The translations under genes were made by a program, and so were the position numbers. Under the pieces are notes generated by a model. The model made no database searches and had not been told where the DNA came from. It was given only the letters and a program-made list of their open reading frames with translations. From an uncultured archaeon (GTDB lineage: Archaea; Iainarchaeota; Iainarchaeia; Iainarchaeales; 1-14-0-10-31-34), in contig CAYTYC010000002.1 in the NCBI GenBank assembly GCA_964442255.1, positions 730 to 64,729 on the forward strand: DNA of 64,000 nt, in the 5' to 3' direction. Positions 17,391 through 26,093 of the stretch are shown piece by piece. Positions within the stretch are counted from its first letter, which is position 1, and every line of letters starts with the position of its first letter.

Positions 17391-19372
17391 TTTGGCTTCA
17401 TTGCGTTTTCTTCAGGCGCAATTGGTTCGGCTCCGCCTTCCCGCCCTTTTTTGGAGTAAAAGTACCATCCTGCGATGATTACTGCCACCACGATTATCAG
17501 GATGATGAATCCCTCCATTCCAGGCATTGCAGCGGGCTTTTGTTGGGGAGCCGTTTTCACGCAGTTTCCTGCCTGGCATGTTCCTTCCGGGCAGATTGAG
17601 CCGTCAGGCAGCGCCTCGTTCACGCACTGTCCGGTGGCTGCATTGCAGTAGTCCCTTGTGCACGGGTTTCCGTCGTCGCAGTTCACTCCCTCACAGGGGT
17701 CAACCACAACTTTTGCCCCTATTTCAGTTACAACCGGGGAAACGGTTTCCAAAAACGCTGAATCCGTTATTTTTTTGCCCACACTGTATTTTACTTCATA
17801 AGAGCTGTTGGGGTTGATGTAAGGCACCAGGAACTCTAATACGGGGTCTTCCACCAGCACCTCAAATTCCTCGTCACTGCTTATTTCTGAGGCTTTTTGC
17901 GCAATGCTTTTTGGCACTGTTGCAAGCACTTTCACGTTCTCCCACCTTTGGCCGGAATTGTTTTCAACTGTTATTGTGAGCGTTGTCATGTAGCTCACAA
18001 CTCCTCCGGCTGAGGTTAGTTTCTCCACTTGGTATGTGAAGGTGATTGTTTCAATGTCCTCCATTGCCTCAAGCGCCTCTGCAATCTCTTCAGGGGTAAA
18101 GCCGGCATCTGAAAGTATTTCAGTTACCTTTTCGTCTGTCGGCGTGTAGGTTGTGCTGTTTTCCGCAATCACTTCGGTGGTGGCTTCACCTGTTTCGCCT
18201 CCTCCTGTTCCTCCGTTCCCACCCGGCCCGGCCGGGGTTGTGGGGCTTGTTCCCCCTGTGGAGGTGTCCGTGGCGAAAGCGTATTCAGAGAATGAGTCAA
18301 TGTTTACCTGTACGTAGTCCCTGTCGGTGTTCACTGTTTTTCCTGAACTGATTTTTGTCCAGCTTGAGCCATCGTATTTCCAGATGTTCAGGTTTGCGCT
18401 TTGCGCCTGTTCATCCGTAATGAAGCCCGTGTAAGTCAGCCTGAGGGTTGCGTTTCCGTTGTTGTTTACGGTCAGCCCGGTTTTGCTTGAGCCAAAGGAA
18501 AACCTTGGCGCATCGTTGTCCAGGCTTGCGCCGGAAGGCGTTTTTGCTGCTGATTCAGCGTTGATGTCAACCGTGATGAAGTCTGTTCCGGCTGTGCCGT
18601 TTGTTCCGTCCTGTGGAATGCTGAAGTACATTCTTTCCTGCCCTGTTGCGTCAGTGAAGTTCAAATCAGTTACCCCGGATGCCTGGATTGTCTTTATTCC
18701 GACTATTGCGTTTGGTTCAACGTTTGCGCCGCTTTGATCTGAATCATACCCTGACTCGCTTACCGCCAGCCCGTTTATGAACGGCACGGCTGAAATGTAT
18801 ATTCCGTCCGGCAGGTCTTCAAACGTGAAAACGCAGGTGAATGTTCCCGCGTAATTGTATGCGTGCCCGTAATACGCTATTTCTGGGTCCCATTGCGTGA
18901 ACTTTGCGCCCACGTTGTTGTCCAGCACTCCGGGGGCCCCTGCATCCGGGTCAAAGTCAACATAGCCGTATTCCAGGATATTCAAATCGTGTCCTGCAAT
19001 GTCTGTGACGTACTGCGAGAGCCCGTAGCTGTAGTAATCGGAGTTTGCGGTGCAGTTTACATCGGTGTTTGACTGCGCGCTCAGTCCCCCTGTATTGGGG
19101 TCCCCGTTTGTGTTCATTTTAATCAGGCGCGCTGAAATTGTTCCAATGGCTTCATATCTTTCCTTGTAGAATGTGACCGTGACGTTTATGTCGTCTGTTC
19201 CCGGGTCGTGCTGGGTTGTGGGGGAGGCGGTGACATAGAAGGCCGCGGGGTTTCCGCTGTTGTAAACCAAATGGAAAACTATTCCCGCGATTACCGCGAT
19301 AACAAAAAGCCTTTTTGCGATGTATTTTTTGTCAAGATGAATTTCTTTCTCCAGCCCCATTTCACCACACAC
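17378..19372 (-). CDS. Cell-surface protein with an N-terminal signal/anchor, a Thr/Gly-rich linker, a C-terminal Cys-rich module and a TM anchor.
   Basis: The N-terminal hydrophobic segment is LFVIAVIAGIVFHLV. The linker is TGGTSPTTPAGPGGNGGTGGGETGEATTE. The Cys-rich module reads CEGVNCDDGNPCTRDYCNAATGQCVNEALPDGSICPEGTCQAGNC. The C-terminal TM IILIIVVAVIIAGWYFY is followed by a basic tail. Many N-x-S/T sequons. Confidence 0.65.
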   Translation of the reverse strand: MCGEMGLEKEIHLDKKYIAKRLFVIAVIAGIVFHLVYNSGNPAAFYVTASPTTQHDPGTDDINVTVTFYKERYEAIGTISARLIKMNTNGDPNTGGLSAQSNTDVNCTANSDYYSYGLSQYVTDIAGHDLNILEYGYVDFDPDAGAPGVLDNNVGAKFTQWDPEIAYYGHAYNYAGTFTCVFTFEDLPDGIYISAVPFINGLAVSESGYDSDQSGANVEPNAIVGIKTIQASGVTDLNFTDATGQERMYFSIPQDGTNGTAGTDFITVDINAESAAKTPSGASLDNDAPRFSFGSSKTGLTVNNNGNATLRLTYTGFITDEQAQSANLNIWKYDGSSWTKISSGKTVNTDRDYVQVNIDSFSEYAFATDTSTGGTSPTTPAGPGGNGGTGGGETGEATTEVIAENSTTYTPTDEKVTEILSDAGFTPEEIAEALEAMEDIETITFTYQVEKLTSAGGVVSYMTTLTITVENNSGQRWENVKVLATVPKSIAQKASEISSDEEFEVLVEDPVLEFLVPYINPNSSYEVKYSVGKKITDSAFLETVSPVVTEIGAKVVVDPCEGVNCDDGNPCTRDYCNAATGQCVNEALPDGSICPEGTCQAGNCVKTAPQQKPAAMPGMEGFIILIIVVAVIIAGWYFYSKKGREGGAEPIAPEENAMKPKKKA

Positions 19373-19533
19373 CTTCCCGCAATTTTTGTTTTAAATTGTA
19401 AATTGTATGTATTTTGACTTTTCTTTATTTAAATGTTTCGCTGCCGTGAAACCGCGTTTTGTGTGGAGTTTTCCCTGTTTGGTGGCTACAAAACAAAAAC
19501 GTTATGTATAAATTCAGCCGTTTTTTTTCGGTT

Positions 19534-19899
19534 TCACTGGAGGCATTCCACTTTGTCCGCCTTTATTATAATCCAGTTTATTGTTCCCAGGGTTCCCCTT
19601 ACCCGGGTTACCTGCCTTTTTTTTACTTCCCCGTGCACCCTCACTTTTTTTGTGGGGCAGCTTGTTTCTTTTTCCAGCAGCAGCGGCAGGCCGACTTCCT
19701 TTTTTTGGTCCTTCCACAGGTAGCCGCGGATTTCGCCTTCAGTGAATATTTCCGCGGGGTAGTTTGCTGAACCGTTTATGTACCCGTCCAGGACAATTTT
19801 TTTTCCGTCGTGCTGTTCGTAAACGTTGTCCCACCCTGCCCCCACACAGCCGGATAAAGCCGCAAGCGCCAGAACCGCCGGAAAAAACAGTTTTTTCAT
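19534..19899 (-). CDS. Small predicted lipoprotein.
   Basis: The signal is MKKLFFPAVLALAALSG|C, containing an L-S-G-C lipobox. The mature protein is about 100 aa. Confidence 0.5.
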   Translation of the reverse strand: MKKLFFPAVLALAALSGCVGAGWDNVYEQHDGKKIVLDGYINGSANYPAEIFTEGEIRGYLWKDQKKEVGLPLLLEKETSCPTKKVRVHGEVKKRQVTRVRGTLGTINWIIIKADKVECLQ

Positions 19900-19904
19900 T
19901 TAAA

Positions 19905-20303
19905 TCAGGTTCTTGTTATCAGGAAGCTTCCCAGTGCGATTAAAATTATTCCTGCCCACCTTACTGCGGTAACGTTTTCTTTAAGGAAAACAAAGGCGCC
20001 TATTGCGACAAGCACGTATGCTATGCTTAACAGGGGGTAAATGTAGCTTACATCCAGTGAGGAAAGCGCCCCAAGCCAAAGCACTGCCAGAAAGGCGTAA
20101 AGCAGCACACCCCCAACCAAGTATTTGTTTGTTATTATTTTGAAAAAAGTGTCTTTGCTGAAAAGAGACTGCAGGCTTTTTTGTTCCCCTACTTCATTCA
20201 TTCCTTTTTTCAGGATTATCTGCCCGAATACTGCTCCCCCAATGCAAACCAAAACCAAACTCAAGGCAAACAAGCTCATCCCCCTCACTTGCATTTGCTT
20301 CAC
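19905..20303 (-). CDS. EamA/SMR-like 4-TM small transporter, possibly an ArnE/ArnF-type flippase subunit for lipid-linked sugars.
   Basis: 132 aa with four hydrophobic helices in an EamA-like pattern. It lies at the edge of the glycan island. Confidence 0.5.
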   Translation of the reverse strand: MKQMQVRGMSLFALSLVLVCIGGAVFGQIILKKGMNEVGEQKSLQSLFSKDTFFKIITNKYLVGGVLLYAFLAVLWLGALSSLDVSYIYPLLSIAYVLVAIGAFVFLKENVTAVRWAGIILIALGSFLITRT

Positions 20304-20333
20304 TTTCTTTTTTTAATTGCTTGGAAGTTTTTA

Positions 20334-21131
20334 TTAACCCTTTCCTTTTGCTTCCAGCTTCTCCACGAATTCCTTCAGCGAACACCCGGTTTCAATGTTC
20401 TTTTCTTTAACTTTTCCCAAAATTTTTTCCAGAATTTTTTTCCCTTCCCCAAAGGACTGGATATGGAAAAGAAACACAAAGAATTTTTTTTCTTCAATTC
20501 TTTTCAGCATTTTTTCCGTGAACTCCATTGCCTTTTCTTCGCTGTACTGGAACTGCATTATTGGGTCACACACACTCTCCGCAGGCACAACCCGCAGCCC
20601 TTCAGCTGTCTTCCATGTCTTTGGCTTAAAGAAATAAGAATCTGAAGAATAAAGGAAGCCGTTTTCTTTGAGCTCTTTTTCCCTTCCCCGGTGGAGGTGA
20701 AACCTTGGGCTCCTGTAGCCGTCAACCTTTTTCCCAAACCTTTCCTCAAGAATTTTTTTTCCTTCAGAAACAAGTTTTTTTCGTGTTTCCTTTTTTTCTT
20801 TCACTATTTCGTTTCTTTCGTGCGTCAGCCCGTGCTGCGCAATTTCATGCCCCTTCAGTATTGCCGTCATTTCCGCAGCTTTCTCCTTGCTTAATGTTTT
20901 TCCGTATACTTTTGGTATAACAAAAAAGGTTCCCTTTACCTTGAATTTTTTCAGCATCCATGCAAGCCCCTTTAAGTCGGATAAATCTGTTTTTTCGCTT
21001 AAATCGTCGCAGGTGAACAGAAAAAATTCGTTGCTTAGCAAAGGCTTTCTTAGGGCGCTTATTGGGGGAAAATGCATGAACAAATCCAGCCCTTTTGCGT
21101 TCAGTGCCTTTATAAAACCGGTTAAATGCAT
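20334..21131 (-). CDS. Polysaccharide deacetylase (CE4/NodB-like).
   Basis: It has FLFTCDDLSE (a TFDDG-type Asp motif) and HEIAQHGLTHE (an H-x4-H metal-binding motif). Length is 265 aa. Confidence 0.6.
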   Translation of the reverse strand: MHLTGFIKALNAKGLDLFMHFPPISALRKPLLSNEFFLFTCDDLSEKTDLSDLKGLAWMLKKFKVKGTFFVIPKVYGKTLSKEKAAEMTAILKGHEIAQHGLTHERNEIVKEKKETRKKLVSEGKKILEERFGKKVDGYRSPRFHLHRGREKELKENGFLYSSDSYFFKPKTWKTAEGLRVVPAESVCDPIMQFQYSEEKAMEFTEKMLKRIEEKKFFVFLFHIQSFGEGKKILEKILGKVKEKNIETGCSLKEFVEKLEAKGKG

Positions 21132-21358
21132 TTTTCTGTCACGCTTTAAATCTTTTTCTTCCCCCTGTATCTTCTATCCCGTTAATTTGATTAAAGGAAT
21201 GTTGGGTAAAAAATAGGGGCAACTTAATTGGGTGCTGTAGAATTGGTTCATTTAACGTACTTTAATGCAAAAAACGGTTTTTTTGCTTTTCTTGTAAAGC
21301 ACTTGCCAAGAATCGTTAAAAAGGAAAAAAGGCTGCCCCGGTTTTCTGAGTGAATCTA

Positions 21359-22096
21359 ATGGGTAAAACATGTTTGGAAGGGATTGAAAGATGGGACAGA
21401 ATCTGGCAGCAGACACATTCCACGAAACCAAATGAAAGCCTTGTCTTTTGTGTTTCTTCCTTGTTTGAAGACTTAAACGGAAAACGTTTTTTAGACATTG
21501 GCGCAGGGCGCGGAAACGACATAACCTTTTTTGCAGAAAAAGGCGCAAAAGCGTTTGCCTTGGATTATTCGAAGCAGTCGGTTAAGCTTATCAAAAAACT
21601 TTCAAAAGAAAAAAATGCAGCAGTAAATATTGTTATAGCGGATTTGAATTCACTGCCTTTTTCAGGTAATTCATTTGACTTGGTTTATTCGCAGGGGGTC
21701 CTGGAGCACTTCAAAGAGATTGAGCCCTTTATTAAAGCCCAAAAAAGGGTGCTGAAAAAAGGCGGCTTCTTGCTTGTGGATGTTCCCCAAAAATATTCCC
21801 TTTACACTTTATGGAAGCAACTCATGGGGGAAAAGCACTGGACTCTTGGCTGGGAAACACAGTACTCGTTTTTTGAATTGAAAAGAGTTCTGGAAAAAAA
21901 CGGTTTTAGGGTTTGCAGTTCATATGGCACAGAATTTTTCCCTTACCTTCATTTGATTGGGCAAGGCATAACCGGAAAACCTTTTATGCCTGGATCCCTG
22001 AGAAAAATTTACTTGAAGTTGGTTAAATCCCTGGAAAAAAGTTTTTTTGGGCCTTTCTTTTGTGTCTCAGTTGGAGTTGTCGGGGTAAGACTTTAG
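21359..22096 (+). CDS. Class I SAM-dependent methyltransferase.
   Basis: Motif I is FLDIGAGRGNDITFFAEKG. An acidic residue ends beta2 (ALDYS), and motifs II/III lie downstream. The track begins at GTG 21350; the ATG at 21359 is preferred. Confidence 0.75.
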   Translation: MGKTCLEGIERWDRIWQQTHSTKPNESLVFCVSSLFEDLNGKRFLDIGAGRGNDITFFAEKGAKAFALDYSKQSVKLIKKLSKEKNAAVNIVIADLNSLPFSGNSFDLVYSQGVLEHFKEIEPFIKAQKRVLKKGGFLLVDVPQKYSLYTLWKQLMGEKHWTLGWETQYSFFELKRVLEKNGFRVCSSYGTEFFPYLHLIGQGITGKPFMPGSLRKIYLKLVKSLEKSFFGPFFCVSVGVVGVRL

Positions 22097-22105
22097 GGGA
22101 GTTAA

Positions 22106-23554
22106 ATGGGCGAAGTAAGAACAATAGCCAAAAATATGGTTGTACTCACTGCTTCAAGAGCAGTCGGCATGTTCTTGTCTTTTGCTTTGTTGATTCTTGT
22201 TGCCCGCCATTATGGGGCGGAGCTTTTTGGGGAATACAACTTTGCACTGGCTTTCTCCATTTTCTTTGTTATTGTGTCTGATTTTGGCTTGACCACGATT
22301 GCAATAAGGGATGTCGCAAGATGCAAAAGCGACAAAAAAAAGTATTTAACAAACATCTTTGCACTCAAGCTCGGGCTGACTTTCCTTGTGGCTTTAACCG
22401 TTTTTTTTGTTGTTCTTTTTTTGGGTTACCCTTCTCACCTGACTTCAATTATTTGCATTATTGTTGCAGCTTCTTTGGTTGAATCCTTTTCCAACACTTT
22501 CCGCCTTTACTTTAAAGCCTTTCAGAGAATGGAATTTGAGGCTTTACTGGTTTTCCTGCAGAGCCTCTTTTTCTTTGTTTTGGGTTGGACTGTTGTAACC
22601 AACAGTTTGGACATCGTTTTCCTGGCTTTGGCTTACTTGCTTGTCAACGTTTTTATTCTTTTCTTAAGCGCGTTCCTTGCACTGAAAAAAATTACTTCTT
22701 TCAGCTGGCGCCTTGACCCCGCACTTTTGAAGTATTTGCTTGTCAGCTCCGCGCCACTAATGCTAATTGGTTTTCTGGAGGCGGTTTACACCAGAATTGA
22801 CGCAGTGCTTTTGTCAAAACTTACCTTTGAGCCGATTAAGGCAATAGGCCTTTACAGCTCAGTTTACAGGCTTATTGACGCCCTCACAGTATTGCAAGTG
22901 AGCTTTTTTATTGCAATTTTTCCGGTTTTGTCTGAATTCTTTCACTCCAACCGGCAAAGGTTTGAATTTCTTTACACCCGCTCATTCAAGCTGATAATAA
23001 TTTTTTCTTTCCCCCTGGCTTCACTTATTTCAGTTTTTTCCCTTCAGATCGTTCAAATAATTTATGGCCGGGAATTCATTGAAGCTGCAAGCGCCTTAAC
23101 TGTCCTTGCATGGGTTTTGCCTTTCACTTTCCTGAACTCTTTGCTTTTCAATGTCCTTTACTCAAGTGAAAAACAAAAATGGGCAATGGTCTTTTTCGCA
23201 TTAACAGCCGGCTTAAACATTTTGCTGAACCTCTTGTTAATTCCTGTTATGAGTTTTGTTGGGGCAAGTGTCAGCGCACTAATGAGTTCAGCGTTTTTGT
23301 TTGCCCTTCTTTTCTTTTACGTTTCCAGAAAAACAGCCAAGCCCGCTATTATGCGTTACCTTCCAAAACTTTCAGTCCTGAATATGCTGTTTTTCGCACT
23401 TGTTTTCCTGTTTAATGAGTCCTTTGGCTTGACTTTTTTCTCATTTATATTAATTCTTTTTGTTTCAATATTGTATTTGTTTCTTCTCTTTGTTTTAAGG
23501 GTTGTGGATGAGAAGGACTTGGGTCTGCTAAGGCAGCTTACCGGAAGAAGGTGA
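22106..23554 (+). CDS. wzx: Wzx-type oligosaccharide flippase (MOP superfamily polysaccharide biosynthesis protein).
   Basis: The N-terminus IAKNMVVLTASRAVGMFLSFALLILVARHYGAELFGEYNFALAF is the classic Wzx/RfbX start. The protein has about 12-14 TM over 482 aa. Confidence 0.8.
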   Translation: MGEVRTIAKNMVVLTASRAVGMFLSFALLILVARHYGAELFGEYNFALAFSIFFVIVSDFGLTTIAIRDVARCKSDKKKYLTNIFALKLGLTFLVALTVFFVVLFLGYPSHLTSIICIIVAASLVESFSNTFRLYFKAFQRMEFEALLVFLQSLFFFVLGWTVVTNSLDIVFLALAYLLVNVFILFLSAFLALKKITSFSWRLDPALLKYLLVSSAPLMLIGFLEAVYTRIDAVLLSKLTFEPIKAIGLYSSVYRLIDALTVLQVSFFIAIFPVLSEFFHSNRQRFEFLYTRSFKLIIIFSFPLASLISVFSLQIVQIIYGREFIEAASALTVLAWVLPFTFLNSLLFNVLYSSEKQKWAMVFFALTAGLNILLNLLLIPVMSFVGASVSALMSSAFLFALLFFYVSRKTAKPAIMRYLPKLSVLNMLFFALVFLFNESFGLTFFSFILILFVSILYLFLLFVLRVVDEKDLGLLRQLTGRR

Positions 23555-23561
23555 ACTTGAA

Positions 23562-25289
23562 TTGAATGTTTTGGGTATCTCAGCTGAATTTGTTCACGAC
23601 TCTGGTGCAGCGCTGGTAAAGGACGGAAAACTTGTCGCTGCGGCAGAAGAGGAAAGATTTTCGAGAAAAAAGCACGACTACTCCGCCCCGCTTGAATCCA
23701 TTAAATTCTGCCTAAACCAGGCCAACCTGACAATGGATCAAATAGATTTTGTGGCTGTTCCGTGGCTGCCGTTCAGTGCCTTCTCCTATGGAAATGTTTT
23801 CAGCTGGCTTTCCCGGGGAAGGGATGTCTGGCCTTTGGGGGCCCATTTTCTCTTAAACAAGGGGCTTAACTCCGCTGTTAAACTGTGGAAGTCAGGAAAA
23901 AACTCTAACCAGCTTGAAGTTGAAAAACTTTGCCAGGGCACTGTCGCCTATCTTTCAGAGCAATACCTTGACATTCCTGAAGTAAAATACTTTGAACACC
24001 ACAAAGCGCATGCAGCCAATGCATTCTACTGCTCCGGCTTTGATGATGCCTCAGTCATAAGTGTTGACGGAAACGGCGAGGCAAACGCAACTGTTGTCTG
24101 GAATGCGGACGGAAACTCAATCGAAAAAGTCAGGGAAGAGCTTTGCCATAATTCCTTGGGAATGTTTTACCTTACTGTAACAAATTTTTTGGGGCTTGGA
24201 AGGTTTGGGGAAGGCAAAACAATGGGGCTCGCAGCCTACGGAAAGAAAAACAAATCCCTGGAAAAAAGAATCCGTGAAAAAATAATTGACACCGAAAAAC
24301 CGGAATGGTACAAGCTTGGCTTCCCTTCTTTAACGTATGAATCAAACGCAATAAACAAACAGGTTTTGGGTTTTCCCAGCCGAACAAATGAATCCCCCCT
24401 TGGAAAAAATTATGCTGACTTTGCTTTTGCTTCCCAGAAGGCGTTGGAAAAGGCTGTTTCAAATATTGCGGAATGGGCTGTTGAAAAAACAGGCCGCCCC
24501 AATCTCTGCTTAAGCGGGGGGGTTGCCTTAAATTGCCTTGCAAACTCTGTTGCAATGAATTCACACAATGTAAACGGTTTTTTTGCTTTCCCTGCAGCAA
24601 ATGACGGCGGGACCCCTGTTGGGGCGGCACTGCTTTGCGCTGCAGAGCACGGAGAGAAAGTCAAGCACAAGATGGAGCATGCTTACTTTGGCCCAGCTTA
24701 CTCCAATAAGGAAATCGAAAATCTGTTAAAAAAAATTAAAGCCGATTACACTGAAAGCAGGGACATCTCAGGCGAGGTAGCGGAACTCCTTGCAAAAAAC
24801 AGGATTGTGGGCTGGTTTCAGGGCAGAATGGAGCTCGGACCAAGGGCTTTGGGGAACAGAAGCATTCTTTCAAATCCAACAAAAAAATCCACAAAAGACA
24901 AGGTAAACAAGTTAAAGGGGCGGGAGTTTTGGCGTCCTTTGGCTCCTTCCATGCCGGATGAAGCAAAAGAAGAATACTTGGAGGCTGCTGTTGAGTCCCC
25001 GTTTATGATTTTAAGTTTTAACATCAGGAAAGAAAAACTAAAAGAAATTCCTTCCGCCTCCCACGTTGACGGCTCCACCAGACCCCAAACAGTAAAGAAA
25101 AAATCCAACCCAAAGTATCACCGTCTTATAAAAGAGTTTGAAGGCTTAACCTCTGTTCCAGTTGTCTTAAACACTTCCTTTAATTTGAAACACGAGCCAA
25201 TTGTCTGCAGCCCTTTGGATGCTGTCCGGACATTTTACTCCTCCACACTTGACGCCGCCGCAATAGGGGATTTTTTGTTGTTAAAGTAA
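23562..25289 (+). CDS. NodU/CmcH-family carbamoyltransferase.
   Basis: The N-terminus MNVLGISAEFVHDSGAALVKDGKLVAAAEEERFSRKKHD is highly characteristic of the family. The 575-aa length also fits. Confidence 0.85.
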   Translation: MNVLGISAEFVHDSGAALVKDGKLVAAAEEERFSRKKHDYSAPLESIKFCLNQANLTMDQIDFVAVPWLPFSAFSYGNVFSWLSRGRDVWPLGAHFLLNKGLNSAVKLWKSGKNSNQLEVEKLCQGTVAYLSEQYLDIPEVKYFEHHKAHAANAFYCSGFDDASVISVDGNGEANATVVWNADGNSIEKVREELCHNSLGMFYLTVTNFLGLGRFGEGKTMGLAAYGKKNKSLEKRIREKIIDTEKPEWYKLGFPSLTYESNAINKQVLGFPSRTNESPLGKNYADFAFASQKALEKAVSNIAEWAVEKTGRPNLCLSGGVALNCLANSVAMNSHNVNGFFAFPAANDGGTPVGAALLCAAEHGEKVKHKMEHAYFGPAYSNKEIENLLKKIKADYTESRDISGEVAELLAKNRIVGWFQGRMELGPRALGNRSILSNPTKKSTKDKVNKLKGREFWRPLAPSMPDEAKEEYLEAAVESPFMILSFNIRKEKLKEIPSASHVDGSTRPQTVKKKSNPKYHRLIKEFEGLTSVPVVLNTSFNLKHEPIVCSPLDAVRTFYSSTLDAAAIGDFLLLK

Positions 25290-26093
25290 GTGATTTTTAT
25301 GCAAAAGATTTCAGCCTGCATTGTCGCAAAAAATGAGGCCCACTGCATTGCGGAATGCCTTGAAAGCGTTAAGTGGGCTGACGAAATAGTCTTGGTTGAC
25401 CAGCAAAGTTCAGACGCCACCACTGCAATCAGCAAAAGGTTTGGGGCAAAAATTTTCAGGTGCAGGAAAACAGGGTTTGTTGAACCCGCAAGGGAATTTG
25501 CGGTTGGAAAAGCCTCTAACCAGTGGGTGCTTGTTTTGGATGCAGATGAAAGCCTTAGCAAAGAACTGCAGAATGAAATAAAAGAAATGCTTGAAAGAGA
25601 AAGCTCTTTTGACGGTTTTCTTCTGCCCTTTCAGACAATTTTCCTGGGCAAAACCTTAAACCATTCCGGTGAAACTTTTTTCCAGGCAAGGCTTTTCAAG
25701 AGCTCCAAAGCAGTTTTTCCAACCGAACTCCACCAGCCCATTCAGGTAAACGGAAAACTTTCACAGTTAAACGGAAAAGTGTTTCATGAACCATACAGGG
25801 ACCTGGAAGAATTAAGGGAAAAAACCGTTTTGTATAGTTCGATTGAAGCCCGCCAGGATTTTTCCAAGGGAAAAAGTTTTTCCCTTTTAAAACTCTTGTT
25901 TTCTCCTTTTGCTTCTTTTGCACACAAATTTTTTTTTCGCATGGGTTTCCTGGACGGCAGGCGCGGGCTTACCTTGGCTTTTTTTGCTGCAAAATATAAA
26001 TTCTTAAAGCAAAAAAAGCTGAAGGCCCTTGCTTCAGGACATTCGGCTCACTTAAAAAATCCAGCCAAATTATCAAGCAATGAAAAACGGTAA
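25290..26093 (+). CDS. Family 2 glycosyltransferase.
   Basis: It has ISACIVAKNEAHCIAECLESV...VLVDQQSSDAT and VLVLDADE (DxD). Rossmann-like GT-A N-terminus. Confidence 0.8.
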   Translation: MIFMQKISACIVAKNEAHCIAECLESVKWADEIVLVDQQSSDATTAISKRFGAKIFRCRKTGFVEPAREFAVGKASNQWVLVLDADESLSKELQNEIKEMLERESSFDGFLLPFQTIFLGKTLNHSGETFFQARLFKSSKAVFPTELHQPIQVNGKLSQLNGKVFHEPYRDLEELREKTVLYSSIEARQDFSKGKSFSLLKLLFSPFASFAHKFFFRMGFLDGRRGLTLAFFAAKYKFLKQKKLKALASGHSAHLKNPAKLSSNEKR

